The notes beneath the pieces were generated by a model that was not told where the DNA came from, made no database searches, and saw nothing but the letters and a program-made list of their open reading frames with translations. The position numbers and the translations under genes were made by a program. Of a DNA stretch of 64,000 bases, positions 58,028-64,000 are shown piece after piece (position 1 is the stretch's first letter; each line of letters opens with the position of its first letter). The stretch comes from Bacteroidales bacterium UBA1184. GTDB taxonomy: Bacteria; Bacteroidota; Bacteroidia; Bacteroidales; ML635J-15. The stretch is from assembly GCA_002310235.1 (NCBI GenBank), contig DBYO01000001.1, positions 912-64,911 of the forward strand, given 5' to 3'.

Positions 58028-58055
58028 GTAGAGACACAATGCATTGTATCTCTAT
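58028..58055. repeat. GTAG-family REP palindrome
   Basis: GTAGAGACACAATGCATTGTATCTCTAT, a near-perfect palindrome beginning with GTAG. Confidence 0.75.
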
Positions 58056-58252
58056 CTGGGTAATTTATTGAAAATAAGCAATTTATAAGCATATTGTTAA
58101 TGTTGTGTCCAAATTTTAAATCCTTCTTTGTTGAAAATCCGAGGGTTATAAATGGTAATAAACACTAAGATGTTGATTTCTTTATGTTTCGGTTGATTTT
58201 TGTTGTTTTTATGAAATATATTTTTGTACGTTTTTATAGATTTAGATTACGG

Positions 58253-59008
58253 ATGGAGAAACTGATTTACAGACATACTGATGTGGAAAGACTTGAAATA
58301 TTGAGGTCTTTCGATTCTTATCTACGTGAAAATCCACTGGGAGAAGATTGTTTGTTTGCTGAATATCAAGCTAATATAACAGAAGAAAATCTTTCTGTTT
58401 TCGAGAAATTTAGAACTTATAAGGAATGCTTGAGACAGCAGGAAGAGGCTTTCAACAACAATTACAACAATCTTTTCAGTAAGGCAAAAACTTTCGTTGT
58501 TCACTATTACATGTCGATGCACATGGCTATCGAACGTGGAGAATTGCCTGTTGACATCACCTCGTGGTATGGTCTTCAGTATCCGTTTTCAATCCCCAAT
58601 CCGCGCAATGGAGAAGAACTTCTAGAAGTGGCAGCTCATTTGTTCGAATGCGATTCAAACCGTGTCGCAAATGGCGGTCGTCTGCTGACAAATCCTAATA
58701 TCTCGTCTGTAAAAATTTGGAACGAAAAATTCGAAGAAATACATAAGGAACGCAATTACCGTCAGAATCTCAACAAGGCAGAAGTTGAAAATATCGATTA
58801 TATTCGCGACACCACCGACAAACTCATTGTTGAAGTTTTTGAAGCGGCTTGCGAAAGATACGCCGACCTTGAGTTCGAAGACCGCCTGAAACTTATGAAC
58901 GAACTAGGTTTCAATATTCAGCAGGTTGTACGCAAACCTCGTCTGCACAAGCAGGAGGAGCTGGCTATGAAAAAAGCCGAGGCCCAGCTTCAAATACCTC
59001 TATTCTAA
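58253..59008 (+). CDS. Conserved hypothetical helical protein (Bacteroidales type)
   Basis: AIERGE...YGL...R..NGG..L.NP.I..VK pattern recalled from a widespread Bacteroidales hypothetical family; start moved to MEKLI. Confidence 0.7.
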   Translation: MEKLIYRHTDVERLEILRSFDSYLRENPLGEDCLFAEYQANITEENLSVFEKFRTYKECLRQQEEAFNNNYNNLFSKAKTFVVHYYMSMHMAIERGELPVDITSWYGLQYPFSIPNPRNGEELLEVAAHLFECDSNRVANGGRLLTNPNISSVKIWNEKFEEIHKERNYRQNLNKAEVENIDYIRDTTDKLIVEVFEAACERYADLEFEDRLKLMNELGFNIQQVVRKPRLHKQEELAMKKAEAQLQIPLF

Positions 59009-59011
59009 CAG

Positions 59012-59533
59012 ATGAGAATTTTTCTCGTTGGCTTTATGGGTGCCGGTAAGTCGGTTATTGGACGACGTCTGGCCAAATCTCTAAATCTTTCATTCTACGA
59101 CCTTGATGCCGAGATAGAATCCCATTATCGTATGACGGTGTCGTCAATATTCAAGAAATATGACGAAGCTTGTTTTCGGAAACTTGAGCACCAAACATTA
59201 TTGTCTTTTTCTGACAAGGATGATTTTGTAATGTCGTGCGGCGGAGGTACTCCATGTTTTTGCGAAAATATGGAACAAATGAATGCTTTAGGCGTTACAA
59301 TATACATAAAACTTACAGCTAGTGAACTCGCCGACAGAATTGCTAATTCGGTAAAGAAACGTCCGCTTACCGAAGGAAAGTCGGATGAAGAACTTGCAAG
59401 CTATGTTAGAGAGATGCTCAATGTTCGTGAGCCTTTCTATTCGAAAGCACAAATTACCGTTGATGGTTCGGAAACAGATAAGGATGGGGTGGTAGAAAAG
59501 ATTGTACAAAGTCTAAATAATAAAAAAATATAA
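59012..59533 (+). CDS. aroK: Shikimate kinase
   Basis: LVGFMGAGKS, DLD, FRKLE, CGGGTPC, RPL, REPFY. Confidence 0.95.
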   Translation: MRIFLVGFMGAGKSVIGRRLAKSLNLSFYDLDAEIESHYRMTVSSIFKKYDEACFRKLEHQTLLSFSDKDDFVMSCGGGTPCFCENMEQMNALGVTIYIKLTASELADRIANSVKKRPLTEGKSDEELASYVREMLNVREPFYSKAQITVDGSETDKDGVVEKIVQSLNNKKI

Positions 59534-59600
59534 AACTCATAGCCATTGCGCCAATCAAAAAAATGGTTACCTTTGAGGAAAATTTTAAACTCAAAAAGCT

Positions 59601-60473
59601 ATGAAAGTTTTGATAATTGTTATTGTTGCAACCTTCGTTGTTATATTATTCTTGTGCGGCTTCAAGGTTGTTCGTCCTACTCATAGGGCACTGGTCGAAA
59701 GACTTGGTAAGTATCATCATTTTGCAAATCCTGGCTTGCATTGGATTATTCCTATTATCGATCGTATATATCGTGTAAACGTTACCGAGCAGATGGTTGA
59801 TGCCGACCCCCAGGAAATCATTACCAATGATAACCTAAATGCTACTGTCGATGCTCAGATTTATTTCCGCGTGCGTGAAGACGAGCAGAGTGTCAAGAAT
59901 TCGCAGTACAACGTTTACAACTACCAGGTACAGATTGTGAACCTTGCTCGTACAACTTTGCGTAATATCATTGGTACGCTTACTCTGAAATCGGCAAATA
60001 GCGAGCGTGGACGTATCAACACCGAGCTGCACCAGATTTTGTCGGAAGAAACCACAGACTGGGGCATATCTATTGTACGTGCAGAATTGAAGCAGATTGA
60101 TCCGCCGCAGGACGTTCAGGCAACCATGAACAAGGTCGTAAAGGCTGAAAATGAGAAGATTGCCGCTATTGACTACGCTACAGCTGCAGAAACTGAGGCG
60201 GATGGTGTAAAGCGTGCTAAAATTAAGGAGGCTGAAGGTTTCCGTCAGGCAAAGATTTTGAGCGCTGAAGGTGAGGCCGAAGCTATCAGGCTTGTAAACG
60301 AAGCTGCAGAAAAGTATTTCATTGGCAATGCACAGATTCTTAGAAAGATTGAGGCTGTTGAGAACTCATTAAAGAATAATGCAAAGATTGTCGTTCCGTC
60401 CGATTCCGACCTTGTAAACGTAATTGGCGAAATGGCAGGCGTATTGCCTTTGGAAAAGAAAGAGAAGAAGTAG
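59601..60473 (+). CDS. SPFH/stomatin-like (band 7) membrane protein
   Basis: N-terminal TM, VERLGKY...PGLH..IP.ID, ITNDN, AE..K.A...AEG coiled coil; -7 box TACCTTTG at 59568. Confidence 0.92.
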   Translation: MKVLIIVIVATFVVILFLCGFKVVRPTHRALVERLGKYHHFANPGLHWIIPIIDRIYRVNVTEQMVDADPQEIITNDNLNATVDAQIYFRVREDEQSVKNSQYNVYNYQVQIVNLARTTLRNIIGTLTLKSANSERGRINTELHQILSEETTDWGISIVRAELKQIDPPQDVQATMNKVVKAENEKIAAIDYATAAETEADGVKRAKIKEAEGFRQAKILSAEGEAEAIRLVNEAAEKYFIGNAQILRKIEAVENSLKNNAKIVVPSDSDLVNVIGEMAGVLPLEKKEKK

Positions 60474-60492
60474 TAGTGGATGCTATCGATAC

Positions 60493-60523
60493 AAAAAAAG
60501 CCCGGCAGAAGTCGGGCTTTTTT
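60493..60523. terminator. Bidirectional terminator
   Basis: A7-GCCCGGC-AGAA-GTCGGGC-T6. Confidence 0.85.
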
Positions 60524-60542
60524 ATATTGTCATGTCAGCAAA

Positions 60543-61637
60543 TTATCTTGTAAGTTCGTATAGAACGTCAAGTTTCGGAGTAAGTATTATTTCTGTTCTT
60601 CTGTTCTTTGCGCGAGCTTCGGCTGTCTTGGCGGTATCTACTGGTAGATAGCAGCTGCGTCCCGATGCAATCAAGCGAACTGGGTCTATTTTTGAGTTTG
60701 AAAGTATTATTTTTACAATTGATGTTGCACGCTTGGTACTTAAGTCCCAGTTGTCTTGAATGTTGCCGTTGCCGCTGTATGCAAGGTCGTCGGTGTGTCC
60801 TTCGATTGTGATGTTTACGTCCTGGTTGTTTTCGAGAACTGCAGCTAGTTTCTTGAGTGCTTCCTGTCCTTTTGGGTCAACATCCCACTTGCCCGACTTG
60901 AAAAGCAGCTTTTCGTCTAGAGAAACATAAACCTTGCCTTCTTTCTGGGTTACCGAAAGTCCGTTGCCTTCAAATCCTGAAAGGGCTTCCGAAACTTTGG
61001 TTCTTAAAGCGTTCATTGCCGAATCCTTAGCATTTAGGATAGCCTGCAGTTCTGCAACTTTGGCATTCTTTGAATCGAGCTCAGTGTTTTTGTGGCTCAA
61101 TTCGTTGCGTTGAGACTCAAGCATTGCGTTCTTTTCGTTCAGTTCGCGTTCTTTCTGCTCGTTGAGAGTCTTCAATGCTTCAAGGCTGGCTCTCTCTTTC
61201 ATGAGGTTGCCTTCGAGTTCCCTTAAGGCGTCTTCCTTGACTTGGAGTTCGTCACGGGTTTTCTGAAGCATTGCCATTGCTTTCTGTTGTTCTGCATCGG
61301 CTCCGGCACGCAATTTTTCTTGGTTTTCAAGGAGTTGTTTGTACAATTCGCTTATCTTGTCGTACTGCATTGTGAGTATTCTGTTGGTATTGCTCTTCAT
61401 GGCTGTGTCGGCGACAAGACCAGCAAGTTCCCTCTCGTACCTGGATATTGTAGCTTTTAATTCGTTGTTGGCCGTCGTTAGGCTTTCGTTCTGCTTGTTC
61501 AAGTTAGCACGTTCTCTTTCGCATGCTTCGTTGGCCGCTTTTACGTCTTCGAACTTGCGAGCCGGTACACACGAGAAGAGTATTCCTGAAATAACTGATG
61601 AAAATACCACCAACTTTATCAATGAATGTAATTTCAT
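60543..61637 (-). CDS. OmpA/MotB-family lipoprotein with long coiled coil
   Basis: Lipobox LFSC, heptad repeats, LLFKSG, IEGHTD, NWDLSTKRA, KNRRTEII. Confidence 0.9.
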   Translation of the reverse strand: MKLHSLIKLVVFSSVISGILFSCVPARKFEDVKAANEACERERANLNKQNESLTTANNELKATISRYERELAGLVADTAMKSNTNRILTMQYDKISELYKQLLENQEKLRAGADAEQQKAMAMLQKTRDELQVKEDALRELEGNLMKERASLEALKTLNEQKERELNEKNAMLESQRNELSHKNTELDSKNAKVAELQAILNAKDSAMNALRTKVSEALSGFEGNGLSVTQKEGKVYVSLDEKLLFKSGKWDVDPKGQEALKKLAAVLENNQDVNITIEGHTDDLAYSGNGNIQDNWDLSTKRATSIVKIILSNSKIDPVRLIASGRSCYLPVDTAKTAEARAKNRRTEIILTPKLDVLYELTR

Positions 61638-61815
61638 GGCAAAATAATTTAAATACAAATTGCAAATATATGATTCTTTGTCTTGGACAGGATTTTGATG
61701 ATAGTTTATTTATTTACATTATTATGTTAATATTTCATTTTTAATGAAGTTATATTTTTTGTAACTTTGCCACCTAGTATTTTTTGTTAATAGGTAGTGT
61801 TTATAAAAAAACGGC

Positions 61816-63708
61816 ATGTCGTATAAGTTTTTAGATGAAATAGATTCTCCAACCGACTTAAAGTCTTTGGATGTGGTAGATTTGCCGTTAGTATGCGAAG
61901 AACTGAGGAGGTTTATTATTGAGTCTGAGGCAGTTAACCCTGCTCATTTTGGTGCCAATCTTGGTGTTATAGAGCTTACTGTTGCTTTGCATTATGTTTT
62001 TGACGTGCCCAACGACAACCTAATTTGGGATGTTGGACATCAGGCATACGGACATAAAATACTCACTGGTCGACGCAATGTGTTTAATACTAACAGAAAA
62101 TACAAAGGAATAAGTGGCTTTCCGACACCTGCAGAAAGTAAATTCGATAGTTTTGGGGTGGGACATTCGTCAACAAGTATTTCTGCTGCATTGGGAATGG
62201 CGGTGGCCGCTAAAATGCGCGGAAGCGACGAACGTACAATAGCTGTCATTGGCGATGGAGCTCTTTCTGGAGGAGAGGCATTTGAGGCTCTCAATAATGC
62301 AGCTGTTAGCAATCCTAATCTTCTTATTGTCCTTAACGACAATAAGATAGCTATTGATGAAACCCCAGGTTCTCTTCGCGAGTACCTTACCGATATAGCA
62401 ACCTCTAAGACTTATAACAAGGTTAAGAATGATGTGTGGCGCTTACTTGGTAAGGTCGGTCCCGATATTAGGCATTTTACCCAGCGTATCGACAATGCAG
62501 TGAAGTCTGTGATGATGAAGCAGGGCAATTTGTTCGAATCTATGGGCATAAGATATTTCGGACCTGTTGACGGACACGATGTAATATCGCTTGTGCGCCT
62601 GTTCGAAGACCTTAAAAATCTCGGGGGGGTAAAGTTGTTGCATCTTATTACGCAAAAGGGCAGGGGATTTAAACCTGCCGAGGACGATCCACAGCGTTGG
62701 CATGCAGCACCTGGCAAATTCGACGTTGCTACTGGCGAGGTTATTGCCGATACGGAAGATCCAATGTGTCCTCAGAAATTTCAGGATGTTTTTGGTGATG
62801 CTGTTTTGGAGCTTGCGCGCAACAATCCAAATATAATTGCCATATCACCGGCAATGGTGTCGGGTAGCGGACTTGTGAAGATGTTTGAAGAGTTCCCCGA
62901 CAGAAGTTTCGACGTGGGAATATCGGAACAGCATGCTGTGACTTTCGCTGCAGGTATGGCAATAAAAGGTATGGTTCCTTATTGTTGCATATACAGCACA
63001 TTCTCTCAGCGCGCGTTCGACCAGATTGTGCATGATGTTGCTTTGCAGAAATTGCATGTAGTGCTTTGCCTCGACCGCGCAGGTCTTGTTGGAAAGGATG
63101 GGGCTACACATCATGGGTCGTTCGACTTGTCGTTCCTGCGTTGCATACCGAATTTGGTGATTTCCGCTCCGTCGGATGAATACCAGTTCCGCAATTTGCT
63201 ATATACTGCACAACTCGAGAAAAATAAATTTCCTTTCGTGATAAGGTATCCGCGAGGAAAATCATATCATCCAAAGTCGGAAATCGAGTTTTCTGAAATG
63301 GAAATTGGAAAGGGTAAGTGCTTACGCCGGGGAAAAGATGTGGCTTTGGTGACAATTGGAACCGCAGGACAGACAGCCGTCAAGGTTGCTGACAAGTTGC
63401 AAAACGAAGGTTTTGACGTGTCTGTTTATGATATGATATATGTAAAACCGCTCGACACAAAATTGTTGCACGATATTTGCAGTGCTCACGGGCAAATTGT
63501 CACTATCGAGGACAATGCCTTGCAGGGCGGGTTTGGTAGCGAAGTGCTTGAATTTGTATCTGACAACGGATACAATATTAAGGTAAAGCGCTTTGGAATA
63601 CCAGATTACTTTGTAATGCATGGTACTCAGGAGGAATTAATAAAGGAGTGCGGTTATGATGCCGATTCCGTATATGAATGGATAAAAAAATGTTGTTATA
63701 ATAGTTAA
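61816..63708 (+). CDS. dxs: 1-deoxy-D-xylulose-5-phosphate synthase
   Basis: WDVGHQAYGHKILTGR, GHSSTSISA, GDGA..GG.AFEALN, VGISEQHA, DRAGLVGKDG.THHG, IRYPRG; -7 box TAACTTTG at 61762. Confidence 0.98.
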   Translation: MSYKFLDEIDSPTDLKSLDVVDLPLVCEELRRFIIESEAVNPAHFGANLGVIELTVALHYVFDVPNDNLIWDVGHQAYGHKILTGRRNVFNTNRKYKGISGFPTPAESKFDSFGVGHSSTSISAALGMAVAAKMRGSDERTIAVIGDGALSGGEAFEALNNAAVSNPNLLIVLNDNKIAIDETPGSLREYLTDIATSKTYNKVKNDVWRLLGKVGPDIRHFTQRIDNAVKSVMMKQGNLFESMGIRYFGPVDGHDVISLVRLFEDLKNLGGVKLLHLITQKGRGFKPAEDDPQRWHAAPGKFDVATGEVIADTEDPMCPQKFQDVFGDAVLELARNNPNIIAISPAMVSGSGLVKMFEEFPDRSFDVGISEQHAVTFAAGMAIKGMVPYCCIYSTFSQRAFDQIVHDVALQKLHVVLCLDRAGLVGKDGATHHGSFDLSFLRCIPNLVISAPSDEYQFRNLLYTAQLEKNKFPFVIRYPRGKSYHPKSEIEFSEMEIGKGKCLRRGKDVALVTIGTAGQTAVKVADKLQNEGFDVSVYDMIYVKPLDTKLLHDICSAHGQIVTIEDNALQGGFGSEVLEFVSDNGYNIKVKRFGIPDYFVMHGTQEELIKECGYDADSVYEWIKKCCYNS

Positions 63709-63710
63709 AT

Positions 63711-64000
63711 ATGAAAAGAGTTTTACTATTGATTTTATGTGCGACGGTGTTCGCAATGTGTTATGCGCAAAAGCCATCCAAGGCTTTTATAAGTAATTTT
63801 TATGATGCACAGGCCTTTATGTACGAAGATAATTTCGAAGAGGCGCTTAAGATGTGGCGTTTGGCCGAGGACAAGGATCCAGAAAATCCGAACGTATGGT
63901 ACAATATTGGAGTATGTTGTAAAAATACTTCAAAAGACCGTGAAATGTCGGAGCTTTATTTGCGCAAGGCGTTGGATTACGTAAATCCAAAGTATAAAAG
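63711..64000 (+). CDS. Secreted TPR-containing protein, 5' fragment (runs off the window; absent from the ORF track)
   Basis: My translation: MKRVLLLILCATVFAMCYAQKPS...FEEALKMWRLAEDKDPENPNVWYNIGVC..., open to the window end. Confidence 0.8.
   Translation, partial: MKRVLLLILCATVFAMCYAQKPSKAFISNFYDAQAFMYEDNFEEALKMWRLAEDKDPENPNVWYNIGVCCKNTSKDREMSELYLRKALDYVNPKYK

Noticed and set aside
57919-58092. 58-aa N-terminal extension of pyrH
   Set aside because: It spans the promoter, the octamer array and the REP; homology begins at MRFKR.
63802-63984. 60-aa ORF from the track
   Set aside because: It is out of frame with the better-supported signal-peptide/TPR gene starting at 63711.

Overview
64-kb chromosomal window from a Bacteroidota (Bacteroidales-type) genome. 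The taxonomy is inferred from TAnnTTTG -7 promoter boxes, AT-rich translation starts without Shine-Dalgarno motifs, T9SS cargo proteins and Bacteroidales-type gene order. Most of the window is housekeeping: the 3' end of rpoC, ftcd, plsX-rpmF-yceD, phoH, tsaB, uxs, mpl, dnaB, an ftsE-like gene, tRNA-fMet, ribD, frr, pyrH, aroK and dxs. Three accessory loci stand out. (1) A 13.1-kb gene for a 4373-aa modular T9SS surface protein (FN3, GEVED, cleaved-adhesin-like and Ig repeats). (2) A cysteine-rich TlpA/DUF6029/Omp28/T9SS-cargo cluster. (3) Just after tRNA-fMet, a tightly packed operon with a Na+/Pi cotransporter, a sigma-less RsbW/RsbU/STAS partner switch, a small alarmone synthetase and an alarmone-hydrolase/APH-kinase fusion; this is the best candidate for an undescribed signalling system. 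Intergenic DNA carries several families of short-unit tandem and dispersed repeats, often abutting promoters, plus GTAG-type REP palindromes, one of them inside a coding tail. No CRISPR array, integrase, transposase or rRNA was seen. All calls come from reading motifs by eye; no searches were run.
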